Source: Verrucomicrobiota bacterium
GTDB taxonomy: Bacteria > Verrucomicrobiota > Verrucomicrobiia > Opitutales > Coraliomargaritaceae
Reading direction: 5' to 3'
Assembly: GCA_039815375.1 (NCBI GenBank)
Contig: JBCBZJ010000017.1
Span: forward strand, 1 to 64,000
DNA length: 64,000 bases
Positions 10,301 through 19,857 of this stretch are shown in pieces. The position numbers and the translations under genes were made by a program. Every line of letters starts with the position of its first letter. Within the stretch, counting starts at the first letter, position 1. Under the pieces are notes generated by a model. It had not been told where the DNA came from, did no database searches, and saw only the letters and a list, made by a program, of their open reading frames with translations.

Positions 10301-12794
10301 TTGGCTCGAAGCAGCACCGCGTGACTGGATTCTGGTCGGCCTCGCAACAGGCACGGTCGGATACAATGATATCTCGTCGAGGATCGACGACTTTGAGGAC
10401 GGTGAAATCGAAGAAAATTATTATGAGGACGGCCGTGTGGCCTTCTTCGCCAAAGGTCGCGTCAAGGGCAAGTGGTTACTGACTGCTGCTTACGATAGCG
10501 ATAAGAAGAGCGAGCAGCGTGGACAGGAAAGCCTGCATCAGATCATCGATCCTGACACTTATTATACGCTCTATGGCGATGAGACCGACCAAGGCTATGA
10601 AGCATCGAGTGCAGAAAAGCTCTACGTCAAACTCGAGCGCGAGAAATTCTATGCCATGTTCGGTGATTTTGATACTGGTCTGACAGTTACCGAACTCTCC
10701 CGATATAGTCGTAGCCTAACCGGATTCAAGACTGAGTATCATGGAGATAATTTCACCTTCAACGGCTTTGTCAGTGAGACCGATTTCACCTATGTCCGTG
10801 ACGAAATTCAGGGTGACGGCACATCCGGTCTATACCGACTTTCCAGAAACAGTATTGTGATCAATTCTGAAAAAATCCGCATACAGACCCGAGATCGATT
10901 CCAGAGCGAAGTCATAATTGAAGAACGGGAGCTGAGCCGCCATCTCGACTACAACATCAACTACGATGATAGCACGATCTACTTCAAGAGCCCGATCTTC
11001 AGTCGTGACGAGAATCTGAATCCGATCTTCATTATTGCAGAGTATGAGGTCGAGGGTGATGGAGAATCCTATAACTATGGCGGCCGTGCCTCGGTTAAGA
11101 CAGAGGATGATCGCGTGGAACTCGGTGTGACTTATGTGCACGAGGAGGATTCCGAAACAGAAGGTGATCTTGTCGGTGCAGATCTGCATGTAAAAATCAA
11201 CGAGCAGCACGAGTTCCGTGCCGAGATCGCAAGAACTGAGGTCGACGCAGTCAGTTCAGATGCTTTCGATGCTGAAGGTAACGCTTACCTGGTCGAGCTG
11301 ACACACCGTTCGGTAGTGGCAGAGGGTTCCATATACTATCGCCAACAGGATTCCGAATTCGGACTGGGTCAGCAAAACGTTAGCGAAACTGGAACGCGCA
11401 AGTATGGTTTCCGCGGCAGCTACTTAATTGATCGTGAGATCAATGCGGTGGCAGAGGTTTATCATGAGGAGCTACTCGGCACCGGCGATACGCGAAATCA
11501 CTTTGGTGCCTATCTCGAACGTCGATTCGACGATACTGCCTACCGTCTCGGTTACATCTGGACCGAGGACGATATCGATGGCGATGATTCCTATGCTTCA
11601 AGCCAGTTGCATGCCGGTGTATCACGTAACCTTTTCTCGGACAAATTCATCTTCCGTTTGGATCACTACCAGTCACTTGGAGACGATGGTGAGAGCAGTG
11701 ATTATCCGACACGCTCGATTCTTGGTGTGGATTATTTCCTCAATGAGAAAGTCCGCTTCTTCACCGAATACCAACTCGCCTTTGGTGAAGAAACCGACAG
11801 TGAAAATGCCCGGGCTGGCATGGCCTTGCTTCCATGGACGGGGGCAAACATCGACACTTCGGTTCAACAGGAGATCAGCGAGGACGGTGGCCGCACTTAT
11901 GCGAACTTCGGCCTTGGCCAGATACTGCAGCTCAATGACAACTGGAGTATCGATGGCGGTTTCGATAGTGGTCGAACCTTCAACGAATCAAGTTCGGGTG
12001 TTAGCGGCGAACCGCTTAACTTTAATCCGAATACTCCATCCGCCTCAGGTTCGAGCGAGGACTTCACTGCACTCTCACTTGGGGCGACCTACCGAGAGAA
12101 GACATGGAGTTGGAGTGGCCGTGCCGAACAGCGCTACGCGGAAATCGATGATCGCTGGAGCCTCTACACCGGTATCATTGGAGAGATTAGCGATGGTCTG
12201 CACATGGCTTTGCAAGGCTCGCTTTTTGAGACGCAGGCTGAAAACGGCAATGATTCTACGAACGCCGACGTTCGTTATTCCATTGCCTATCGTCCACTCG
12301 ATTCAGAGTGGATATGGTTAAACAAACTCGAGTTGCTCTACGATTCGATAGGTGGTAATAATGCTTTTGAGAACTTCAGGATCGTTAACCGTGGTGATGT
12401 CAACTATCTGCCGCATGAAGATCTACAGATTGCCTTCCAATATGGCCACAAGTACGTCTTCACCACTATTGAAGGTGATGAGTTTGACGGCTTCAGCGAC
12501 TTTTACGGAATCGAAGCTCGTTATGATATCCATGAGCGCGTCGACCTTGGTATTCGCGGCAGCGTGCGTCACAGCTGGAATAGCCATGTATTTGATTTCT
12601 CATTCGGTCCTTCGATTGGTGTGAATCCGGTTGATAATATGTGGATCAGTCTCGGCTACAATGTAACCGGTTTCACCGATGAAGATTTCTCCCGAAGCGA
12701 CTACACAGCACAAGGTCCTTACATTCAGTTCCGTGTTAAATTCGACCAAGAGACCTTCAAGGATGTCGCCAGCCTGCTTAAACACGACATGTAA
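7329..12794 (+). CDS. Very large DUF11-containing outer-membrane protein with predicted C-terminal beta-barrel
   Basis: Ig-like and DUF11 domains followed by a long region of amphipathic beta-strands ending ...QGPYIQFRVKF; true start probably 7329 or 7392 because 7245 lies in the hairpin region. Confidence 0.8.
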   Translation: MAVPTLLPRSRWWGRRSLPVQMVAVLAAISPTLSKAQTQVGTEVLNVVRVDYTNVFGVEKDPVTASALFTVDPVRTPSTIIFYNYAPTVSGAESINIDTINYQDGPNGPLTPLAPPNDFGNPIDLNVPVPLLPTGLYHAGQPIFLTLEDIDQNLQPDIRETVLVTLTVSATGDEEVLRFVETGPNTGLFAGYIPSASGSTTIFDGVLTLEPEAEIVASYIDVIDGTDVSSAAALIDPFGIVFDSQTGLPVNGAIVTIINNATGLPATVIGDDGFSLYPSVVVTGSTVQDSSGTSYPMPDGGFRFPLLAAGDYRLEVEPPAGYTFASTVDDVDLQSLPGAPFELVVGSRGEVFTLLPGPALEIDVPIDPAPDLDPGVGLFLQKSAFDASVAIGDFLRYDLVLENTGIDDATNIVLEDTLPHGFRYQSGSAYLGNVKLPDPDIAENGRDLTFNGLGFVPAGESVELRYVVEVTSATRLGDATNRAIFFGSGNAESNEARATVTVVDDLRGDNILIGRVMIRPMDRDLWTKDDQTIGLPGLEGARLYLEDGSYVITDDEGRFHFEGVSPGVHVVQLDGLSVPEKYEIIGVENTRFAGRDYSQFVDLQAGVMWRTDFFVVERAPRQGVLSAEVCELVEDGFAGAVVSLKSDLLEVSRLRAIFMLPEGVEVVGKEARFGERSIAMDIRGKTVTVDLGAFAAGESGKLRVPFSHDAPADINVLLFADANGEKNIRSDKLTFRLDGAADCSAEVRIEREVEWGEVEPVNTPIKISEDSRLSHDADWLDKVGSSFEWVEPALDYVPTIPVLSMGIKYPTGHRIELYNDGELVSGLFLEGSITGTKRETTLRRWTGLNIELGSNPFTAVIIDSDGNEVERIERNFHYSGPAVRAEYVKESSILVADGRTNPAIALRLTDAEGKPVRPGMRGSFRVDPPYEALSFEEQRIDRFLRVGERERQVEYEVGENGVALLYLEPTAQSGEVTVRLDLNQREFDFQAWLEAAPRDWILVGLATGTVGYNDISSRIDDFEDGEIEENYYEDGRVAFFAKGRVKGKWLLTAAYDSDKKSEQRGQESLHQIIDPDTYYTLYGDETDQGYEASSAEKLYVKLEREKFYAMFGDFDTGLTVTELSRYSRSLTGFKTEYHGDNFTFNGFVSETDFTYVRDEIQGDGTSGLYRLSRNSIVINSEKIRIQTRDRFQSEVIIEERELSRHLDYNINYDDSTIYFKSPIFSRDENLNPIFIIAEYEVEGDGESYNYGGRASVKTEDDRVELGVTYVHEEDSETEGDLVGADLHVKINEQHEFRAEIARTEVDAVSSDAFDAEGNAYLVELTHRSVVAEGSIYYRQQDSEFGLGQQNVSETGTRKYGFRGSYLIDREINAVAEVYHEELLGTGDTRNHFGAYLERRFDDTAYRLGYIWTEDDIDGDDSYASSQLHAGVSRNLFSDKFIFRLDHYQSLGDDGESSDYPTRSILGVDYFLNEKVRFFTEYQLAFGEETDSENARAGMALLPWTGANIDTSVQQEISEDGGRTYANFGLGQILQLNDNWSIDGGFDSGRTFNESSSGVSGEPLNFNPNTPSASGSSEDFTALSLGATYREKTWSWSGRAEQRYAEIDDRWSLYTGIIGEISDGLHMALQGSLFETQAENGNDSTNADVRYSIAYRPLDSEWIWLNKLELLYDSIGGNNAFENFRIVNRGDVNYLPHEDLQIAFQYGHKYVFTTIEGDEFDGFSDFYGIEARYDIHERVDLGIRGSVRHSWNSHVFDFSFGPSIGVNPVDNMWISLGYNVTGFTDEDFSRSDYTAQGPYIQFRVKFDQETFKDVASLLKHDM

Positions 12795-12809
12795 GCGCTT
12801 TTATTTTCA

Positions 12810-14102
12810 ATGATTTACACATTATCAAACTATTCAATTTGTCGCTTGGCTTGCGGCTTTCGGAAAGTCTTTTTGTGGCTCTCTTACAGTAAGCTTGTAA
12901 TTTTATTTCTGTCTTCAAATGCCTGCTTACACGCCCTCAATATTACGAGTTCTGCGAATAGCATTTCTATCACATCCATCACTTTCGATGATAACGGATC
13001 AACGGTTGTTCAGTCTTCTCCATCTGGTGCTGACGACAACGATCCGGAGCCGGTCCTGCTGGATCTCATGAACCTCCAGGGCGGAACCGTGCTTGATGAA
13101 TTCAACACCGGAGTAGTCACCGCGATTGCCCTTAACTTTACTCCTTCTCCTGGATTTGATGCATACCTCGATAACCAAACTATCAGTAGCACAGATACTG
13201 ATTTTGCAGAAGCTGTAAGGGTAATTTATTCTGACCGAAATCTCCGCAATTACGTAAATAAGAACTCAAGTGCGAACGCCAATAATCCTAACGGCGACTA
13301 CGACATACTCTATGAGTTTGCGTTGTCCAATGATGACTATATTATAGTAGCTGAACGAAGTGGAAATAGCGCAATTTCCATTCAGGCAATCGACGAAAAT
13401 GCCATTGTGATTCCGGGTTCTGAAACGCTCAACTTCGTTGGCGGCGGGAACGCGCCTTTTACTTGGGACACGGGCTATCGGTCGGATCAGGATCCGAACA
13501 GCAATCAGACACTTGAACTCGCCGTAGTCGATGTTAGACTCTTCAATACGAATGATAACATTTTTGGACTCAGGGTAATTAATAACTCCGGTGCAGATAA
13601 CAAAATTCTCGTCGCTTCTGAGGATACCTTTGCCAACAACATACCTAATCCCGGTGCCACTCTGTTTCCACTCTTTACTGTTCTGAAGTTTGCTCAGGTT
13701 GACGATGGTAACTCGGATCCGGGTGACGATTTTTACGTGCCGGGCGCAGAGATTATTTACCGTGTAGTCGTAACGAATGGAGGGCCGGGCATCCCCGATT
13801 CAGGGACCTTTGTGTTCTCCGATGATCTTCCTGATGAGGTCGACCTTTTCGTCGGTGACTTTGCTGGAGGAGGTGGCGGCCCGATCGACTTCGACGACGG
13901 TTCCGAGCCCAGCAATTTGGGCTTTAGTCCGGGCAGCGTGATCTACCGAAATGTAGGTGGGACAGCCATTTCACCTGGAACGTCAGGATACAACGAACTG
14001 ATTCGTTCTTTTGAGATTCCGTTCACCGGTTCCTTTGAGCCTTGGGATGGGAGCGGTCCACAGCCTAATTTCGAGATCGAATATCGGGTTCGGCTTAAGT
14101 AG
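12810..14102 (+). CDS. Secreted protein with an N-terminal beta-rich domain and a C-terminal DUF11-type domain (putative tip)
   Basis: Hydrophobic N-terminal segment; TVLK...VPGAEIIYRVVVTN...SDDLP domain ending IEYRVRLK. Confidence 0.7.
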   Translation: MIYTLSNYSICRLACGFRKVFLWLSYSKLVILFLSSNACLHALNITSSANSISITSITFDDNGSTVVQSSPSGADDNDPEPVLLDLMNLQGGTVLDEFNTGVVTAIALNFTPSPGFDAYLDNQTISSTDTDFAEAVRVIYSDRNLRNYVNKNSSANANNPNGDYDILYEFALSNDDYIIVAERSGNSAISIQAIDENAIVIPGSETLNFVGGGNAPFTWDTGYRSDQDPNSNQTLELAVVDVRLFNTNDNIFGLRVINNSGADNKILVASEDTFANNIPNPGATLFPLFTVLKFAQVDDGNSDPGDDFYVPGAEIIYRVVVTNGGPGIPDSGTFVFSDDLPDEVDLFVGDFAGGGGGPIDFDDGSEPSNLGFSPGSVIYRNVGGTAISPGTSGYNELIRSFEIPFTGSFEPWDGSGPQPNFEIEYRVRLK

Positions 14103-14131
14103 AGTCACGAAAGAATACTTAGGCAAATACT

Positions 14132-15202
14132 CTATTTGTAAAAGCCTCCTCCAATAAGTTTATCGCCGTCATAGATAGCTAGCACCTGGCCTGAGGCGAG
14201 TGCGCGCTGAGGCTCCTTGAAGGCAACATTTGCAGTGTCAGGTCCTGTAGGTGTGTAGGTAATCATCTGTGAAGGGTCCCGATAGCGCGGCTTTGCGAGC
14301 AGTTGGCAGGTCGATCTTACAGGATGGTTCGTAAAGCTCAGCCCATACAGTTCAACCTCTGATGTGTAGAGGTCGGGAGAGTCGGTTCGGTCAAATGCGA
14401 CGATCAGCTCATTGCGCTCCATGTCGAGCCGAGTGACGACGTAGGCTTCGTTATTGGTATTGGATGGCACCCCGATCCCACGGCGTTGCCCCGTGGTGTA
14501 GCGGTGTAGGCCCCGATGTTGACCGAGAACTTTGCCCTCGCTGTTTACGATGTCCCCCGGCTTGTCCTCAATGTAGTATTCAAGGAAGCGGCTGATGTTC
14601 ATGTCGCCGAGGAAGCAGATACCCTGGCTATCTTTCTTCGTGGCGTTGGGTAACTTGTGTTTTTGCGCGAGTTCACGGACCTGCGGTTTTCCGAGTTCAC
14701 CGACGGGGAAACGCGCACCCGCAATCTGTTCCTGACGCAGAAGGGCGAGAAAGTAGGTCTGGTCTTTGTTCTTATCCAAGCCTTCATAGAGGTCGAAGCT
14801 GCCGTCCTCCTTTTTGAGCGAGCGCACGTAGTGGCCGGTAGCGATGCCATCGAATCCATTGTCCAGAGCATACTTTTCGAAGATGCCGAACTTCATCTCG
14901 CGGTTACACATCATGTCGGGGTTGGGTGTGATGCCGCGCTTGTATCCATCAACCAAATATGAAACCACACGTTCGCGGTATTCGTTGACCAGATTGACGA
15001 TATCATAGTCGATACCGAGATGTGTCGCGACTGCGCGTGAGTCTTCAATGTCCTGCTGAGCCGGGCAATCAGCCAGTGGCATTTCCTCGTTCATCCAGGT
15101 GCGTATGTAAGCACCTGATACATCATAGCCCTGCTCTTTTAAAAGAAGGGCAGCCACGGAGCTGTCGACTCCGCCTGAAAGGGCGACGAGGATTTTCTGC
15201 AT
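14132..15202 (-). CDS. mnmA: tRNA-specific 2-thiouridylase
   Basis: [42 protein letters not shown]. Confidence 0.97.
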   Translation of the reverse strand: MQKILVALSGGVDSSVAALLLKEQGYDVSGAYIRTWMNEEMPLADCPAQQDIEDSRAVATHLGIDYDIVNLVNEYRERVVSYLVDGYKRGITPNPDMMCNREMKFGIFEKYALDNGFDGIATGHYVRSLKKEDGSFDLYEGLDKNKDQTYFLALLRQEQIAGARFPVGELGKPQVRELAQKHKLPNATKKDSQGICFLGDMNISRFLEYYIEDKPGDIVNSEGKVLGQHRGLHRYTTGQRRGIGVPSNTNNEAYVVTRLDMERNELIVAFDRTDSPDLYTSEVELYGLSFTNHPVRSTCQLLAKPRYRDPSQMITYTPTGPDTANVAFKEPQRALASGQVLAIYDGDKLIGGGFYK

Positions 15203-15611
15203 GGTTCAGAAGAAAGCCATCAGGCTGACACCGTCAACAGGGCAAAAATAGATGTCTTCAGCTAAGCTTCTCACCGGCGCATTGACCAAGTTGGAGTTTT
15301 CACCTTCCGCAAGGTATCGATGAAAGACTGTTCTCTTAGTCCGATTCAAAGCCTGAATGATCTCATCACTTTAGGTCGAAAGTGAAAAAGAGATATTTCC
15401 GCAAATTTCCTGCCAAGCGTTACCTGAAAAACGAATCAGTCAGAGTAATAATTGCAGATGCACGGCGGAGATATTCTGCTAATAGCGGTATTTTCTGATC
15501 TATTCGACTTGCGATTGGCAGGGGAACTTTAAGCTCTATTAGTATTGATGCATGTATGCCGTGATACGCTGAGGCATACACGTCCACCATTTCACAAACT
15601 TTAATATAGAT

Positions 15612-17084
15612 ATGACACAGACCATTGAATCGATACCCGAATATATTGATGATATCCCCAATATCGCCGGCTCTGAAGCGTTGATCGAAAGCACGATTAA
15701 AAATGCTGCGGCCAAGTCATCTTATGCGGGCGACAACTCCATCAACTTTGAAAACATAAAGGCCGCCTTCGCCATTGCCTTGCACCAGCATCAGCCGCTC
15801 ATTCCAGGGCGCGGCGACATCACTCAGACTCCACTCATTAGCAATCTCAAGGACATGATGGATCACCCGAACGAGGGGGATAATCACAATGCCTCCGTCT
15901 TCAAGTGGTGCTACGAGCGCATGGGCGACTTCGTTCCTGAACTCATTTCTCAAGGTAAGCAGCCGCGTTGCATGCTCGAATACTCCGGCACGCTCTTTCA
16001 CGGTCTCCGTGCGATGGGCTGTGGCGACGTGCTAGATAAGCTCAGGGCTATAACGGTAAACCCCGACTACCGCCATTGTATCGAGTGGTTGGGCATGCCT
16101 TGGGGGCACGCAGTCGCACCATCCACGCCAGTGCAGGACTACCGTCTTCATGTTAAGGCGTTCCAACATCACTTTGCAGCCATCTTCGGCCTTGAAGCAC
16201 TCGAACGTGTTCGCGGTTTCTCGCCGTCTGAAATGGCGCTTCCAAATCACCCGGACATCGCCTACGAATACATTAAGACTCTCGTTGACTGTGGCTACGA
16301 ATGGCTGCTCGTTCAGGAGCATACGGTAGAGCAACCGGAAAATGGCCATAGCCCGGCACGTCCTCATTTGCCGAACCGTCTTGTCGTGCGTAACTCCAAG
16401 GGCGACGAAGTCAGCATTATCGCGATCGTTAAGACGCAGGGAAGTGATACTAAGCTCGTCGCCCAGATGCAGCCCTACTACGAGGCCAAGAGCCTCGACC
16501 GTTGGGAGCTTGCCGGCAAAATGGTGCCGCCACTCGTGACCCAGATCGCTGATGGCGAAAACGGTGGCGTGATGATGAACGAATTCCCGCCGATGTTTAA
16601 TCAGGTCATGGCTGAGTGTTCTCACACCGACGTGCCTGCTATGAATGTCTCGGAGTATCTCGACAAGCTCTTCGCCATGGGCATTCATGTGGAGGATTTC
16701 GATGTCATCCAACCCGTTCACCAGAAAAAAATATGGGATTGCGTCGAGCCCGGCTGTGGTGCCGAGCAGCTCGAGGCTGCGATTGAAGGGATCAAAAAGG
16801 AAGACCACCAGTTTCACATGGATGGTGGAAGCTGGACAGACGATATCTCCTGGGTCGACGGATACGACAATGTCCTGGGGCCCATGGAAGAAGCCAGCCA
16901 TGCTTTCTATAAGAAGGTGATCGAGCCCGGTATGCCAACCGATGAGACACGCTACCGCAATGCGCTCTTTAACCTGATGAGCTCGCAGACTTCCTGCTAT
17001 CGCTACTGGGGTCAAGGTGCGTGGACCGACTTTGGCCGCGAGATCTGCCGCCGGGTGGGGGCCATCGTCGAAAACGATTACTAG
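15612..17084 (+). CDS. Glycoside hydrolase family 57 protein
   Basis: HQHQP, YSGTL, GFSPSEM, ADGENGG and GGSWT motifs. Confidence 0.8.
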   Translation: MTQTIESIPEYIDDIPNIAGSEALIESTIKNAAAKSSYAGDNSINFENIKAAFAIALHQHQPLIPGRGDITQTPLISNLKDMMDHPNEGDNHNASVFKWCYERMGDFVPELISQGKQPRCMLEYSGTLFHGLRAMGCGDVLDKLRAITVNPDYRHCIEWLGMPWGHAVAPSTPVQDYRLHVKAFQHHFAAIFGLEALERVRGFSPSEMALPNHPDIAYEYIKTLVDCGYEWLLVQEHTVEQPENGHSPARPHLPNRLVVRNSKGDEVSIIAIVKTQGSDTKLVAQMQPYYEAKSLDRWELAGKMVPPLVTQIADGENGGVMMNEFPPMFNQVMAECSHTDVPAMNVSEYLDKLFAMGIHVEDFDVIQPVHQKKIWDCVEPGCGAEQLEAAIEGIKKEDHQFHMDGGSWTDDISWVDGYDNVLGPMEEASHAFYKKVIEPGMPTDETRYRNALFNLMSSQTSCYRYWGQGAWTDFGREICRRVGAIVENDY

Positions 17085-17221
17085 ATCCACGAAATTCGGA
17101 ACCACCTCTGGCGGCGTTACGCAGCGGAACCGGCGCAGTCAAGCACCTCAGTGCGCTCCTTTGACAAATCCGTTCCAAGCCTTGCCAGAGTCACTTCTGA
17201 GTCTCGTGAATAAGTGATTTC

Positions 17222-17254
17222 AGTCCCTGCTCGTGAGAGTAGGGACTTTTCTTT
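17222..17254 (+). terminator. Intrinsic terminator
   Basis: agtccctgctc-gtga-gagtagggact followed by tttcttt. Confidence 0.7.
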
Positions 17255-17311
17255 GTGAACTTCGTGCGCTTCGTGGTTTAAAAATACATCTGCTTGGTTC
17301 TAATTGTGCGT

Positions 17312-18508
17312 ATGTCCGCGATTCATCACGCTCTTGTCCTGAACCTGCACCAGCCGCCGAACAATCTCGACGATCTACTCGCGGAACAGGAATGGGAGGT
17401 CAAGGAAGTGCTCTTTGCACTCGACCGCATGCCTCGCGCATGCTGGGACTACGAGGATATTGCCCGGGTGCATCTTTCCATGTCCGGATCGCTGCTCGAG
17501 ACTTTGGGTAGCCCGGACTTTCAGGAAAAGATGTATGGTGCAGTCAAAGTGGGTGATATGCTTTGGCACCTTCAGAATGAAAAGATCTTCAATATTCTGG
17601 GAACCGGTTACTACCATCCGGTTCTCCCGCTTACTCCCGAGGCCGACTGGGATGCCCACATCAAACGTTGGCAGGGCATAGGTAAACACCTCTTCTGGCG
17701 CGAACAGTTCCAAGGATTCTGGCCGCCCGAGATGGGTTTCTGTATGGAGATGATCCCGCACCTCGTGAAGCACGGCTACCGCTACGTGTTGGTCGACGAT
17801 ATCTATATTGAATCACTTGAGGGCGAAATGAGCTGGCAGGAGCTGCGCTACCGTCCGCACATTGCGGAGTATGGAGGCGAAGAAATCATAGTTGTCGTGC
17901 GTGACCGTGAGCTCTCCAATGCCCAGCTCTCCGGCATGGACCCCGGTTGGTTTATTCATGAGCTGGAAGAGCGCACCAAGTGGTGCGACTTCGAGCCCCT
18001 TGTCACTACCTGCTCGGATGGTGACAACGGCGGTTGGTTTCGTAATCACGATAAATTGGCGAACTTCTGGCATGTTTTCTACCAATCCATGCTCGAAAAA
18101 GTCCGGGCCGGGCAAACCCGCATAAAACCGACCTTCATTCACGATTACCTCGACCAATTCGGTGTGCACGGTCGCGTCAAAGTTCATACCGGCGCATGGA
18201 ACACGGAGGACCACTACGGTGACGACTTCACTCAATGGACTGGCACGCAGGAACAGAAAGATGCGCATGCGCGAGTGAGAGAGGTTAGCGCCGCCTTCCA
18301 TATACTTAAGGTTAAAATCGACGAGCTGCCGGATGGTCCCGAATCCATGCAGGCTGAGCATCTAATCAATGAAGCGCATTGGCGACTTTTGCGCGCCGAG
18401 ACTTCCTGCAACTTTTATTGGGCTCAGGCTTGGGTGCCTAAGGTCCACGAGGACCTTAATATGTGCGAGCATCATCTCTACCACGCTGATCGGGTGGTCA
18501 CGTCATAG
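17312..18508 (+). CDS. Glycoside hydrolase family 57 protein
   Basis: NLHQP, SGSLLE, YYHPVLP, GFWPPEM and SDGDNGG motifs. Confidence 0.85.
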   Translation: MSAIHHALVLNLHQPPNNLDDLLAEQEWEVKEVLFALDRMPRACWDYEDIARVHLSMSGSLLETLGSPDFQEKMYGAVKVGDMLWHLQNEKIFNILGTGYYHPVLPLTPEADWDAHIKRWQGIGKHLFWREQFQGFWPPEMGFCMEMIPHLVKHGYRYVLVDDIYIESLEGEMSWQELRYRPHIAEYGGEEIIVVVRDRELSNAQLSGMDPGWFIHELEERTKWCDFEPLVTTCSDGDNGGWFRNHDKLANFWHVFYQSMLEKVRAGQTRIKPTFIHDYLDQFGVHGRVKVHTGAWNTEDHYGDDFTQWTGTQEQKDAHARVREVSAAFHILKVKIDELPDGPESMQAEHLINEAHWRLLRAETSCNFYWAQAWVPKVHEDLNMCEHHLYHADRVVTS

Positions 18509-18767
18509 CTTCTTTCCTGATTCTGGCTTTCAGTGCATCTTAATGGTAGGCAGCTGTTCTACTCATGGGATGAAAATTCGTTCAGTGTTTGTTTGGCAGC
18601 TATATCTTGGATTGTGCTTGTTTTGAGGCACCCTTCATCTGGAGGCGTGAAATCAATCCCAGCGCCTGAATCAGAAAAATGACACAATATGGAATCTGGC
18701 TCTCGATCTATGCTGAAACCAGCCCGGCGCCACCATCGTTCAGTAGCTTCAGTCAATCGAATTTTAC

Positions 18768-18798
18768 AGCAGCCTCCGAGTGGATTTCGGAGACTGCT
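18768..18798. repeat. Palindromic REP-like hairpin
   Basis: agcagcctccga...tcggagactgct inverted repeat with one mismatch. Confidence 0.45.
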
Positions 18799-18824
18799 CT
18801 ACAAAGTGGGCTAAATCTGCTATC

Positions 18825-18852
18825 TTGACAGCATTATGCTTGGAATCATTAT
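18825..18852 (+). promoter_or_regulatory. Putative sigma70 promoter of vapBC, with a palindromic operator candidate
   Basis: TTGACA-16 nt-CATTAT; agcattatgct palindrome overlapping the spacer. Confidence 0.55.
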
Positions 18853-18859
18853 GTCCATC

Positions 18860-19111
18860 ATGCGCACAACAGTTACAATCGATGCGGATACAGAGCATCT
18901 CTTGAAAGAGGAGGCCGAGCGCACAGGCCATTCGTTCAAAGTCGTCTTGAATGAGGCGATTCGTGCGGCACTTGCCAAACCCCAGAGAGAGCGTATCCGC
19001 GTGGAACCTCTATTCGATACGCCTTTTCCTGCTGAGTTTACTGGTATTAGCATGAATCACCTCGCTGATATACTCGATGACGAAGAGACGTTACGTGAGT
19101 TGTCGCGATGA
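18860..19111 (+). CDS. vapB: VapB-type ribbon-helix-helix antitoxin
   Basis: MRTTVTID...SFKVVLNEAIR; ATGA overlap with a PIN toxin gene. Confidence 0.85.
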   Translation: MRTTVTIDADTEHLLKEEAERTGHSFKVVLNEAIRAALAKPQRERIRVEPLFDTPFPAEFTGISMNHLADILDDEETLRELSR

Positions 19112-19536
19112 TTCTTCCGGATATCAATTTGCTCCTCTATGCCTATAATAAACAGGCACCTCAGTATGAGCGCGCCAGTATGTGGTGGGAAGAAGTCCTG
19201 AATGGCCGCGAATTGGTAGGCATGCCTCATGAGGTTTCGCTCGGATTCTTGCGTATCGCAACGAATCCACGAATGGGTCAGCTTGCTATCCCGTTTGAAG
19301 CGGCGCGTCAGGTCGTTACCACATGGCTTGCGGCTCCTAATGTCAGGGTGCTGCTTCCCCGAACAGACCACGCAGTGAAAGTGCTCGAGCTCATGCAGCG
19401 TGCTGCTGGCAGCGGACAACTCGCTTCAGATGCTTCTCTGGCGGTCTATGCGATCGAGAATCGAGCGACGCTTTGCTCGAACGATTCAGATTTTGTGCGC
19501 TTCGCGGGGCTGGATTGGAAGAATCCGCTGCTTTAG
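19108..19536 (+). CDS. vapC: VapC PIN-domain ribonuclease toxin
   Basis: MILPDINLLLYA, FLRIATN, DASLA and SNDSDF PIN motifs. Confidence 0.92.
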   Translation: MILPDINLLLYAYNKQAPQYERASMWWEEVLNGRELVGMPHEVSLGFLRIATNPRMGQLAIPFEAARQVVTTWLAAPNVRVLLPRTDHAVKVLELMQRAAGSGQLASDASLAVYAIENRATLCSNDSDFVRFAGLDWKNPLL

Positions 19537-19857
19537 TTTTGGCCCGGAATCATCTTTTATATCACTGCTGATCCGATTCGTCCGTGGTTAAAAAGATAGT
19601 ATTGTGTTGGCCGTGCACCGCAAGATGCGCCTGCGTGACCTGAATGATTGATGTTCATTTATGTCCGCTAGCGGTTTCCATCTTTCATTCTCGCAGCAAA
19701 ATATTTTTTAAATTTCCTGAAATCAGGGGTTGACGAGCCACATCGAAATCCCTTTTTTCCGCTGCTCGTCTCCCAAAGAGGCGCTAAATACACATTTTTT
19801 AACCCACTAACGCAGGTTTAGGAAACGGAGCCTCTGCTCCACCTGCCAATTAGTATC

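Noticed and set aside
11428..12321. 297-aa overlapping ORF inside the large DUF11 gene
   Set aside because: Alternative-frame shadow with no protein-like features
15516..15531. TGGCA site upstream of GH57 as a sigma54 promoter
   Set aside because: No GC at the -12 position
16032..17105. 357-aa antisense ORF over GH57, plus similar antisense ORFs across the ribosomal genes and carB
   Set aside because: Antisense shadows produced by codon bias in real genes
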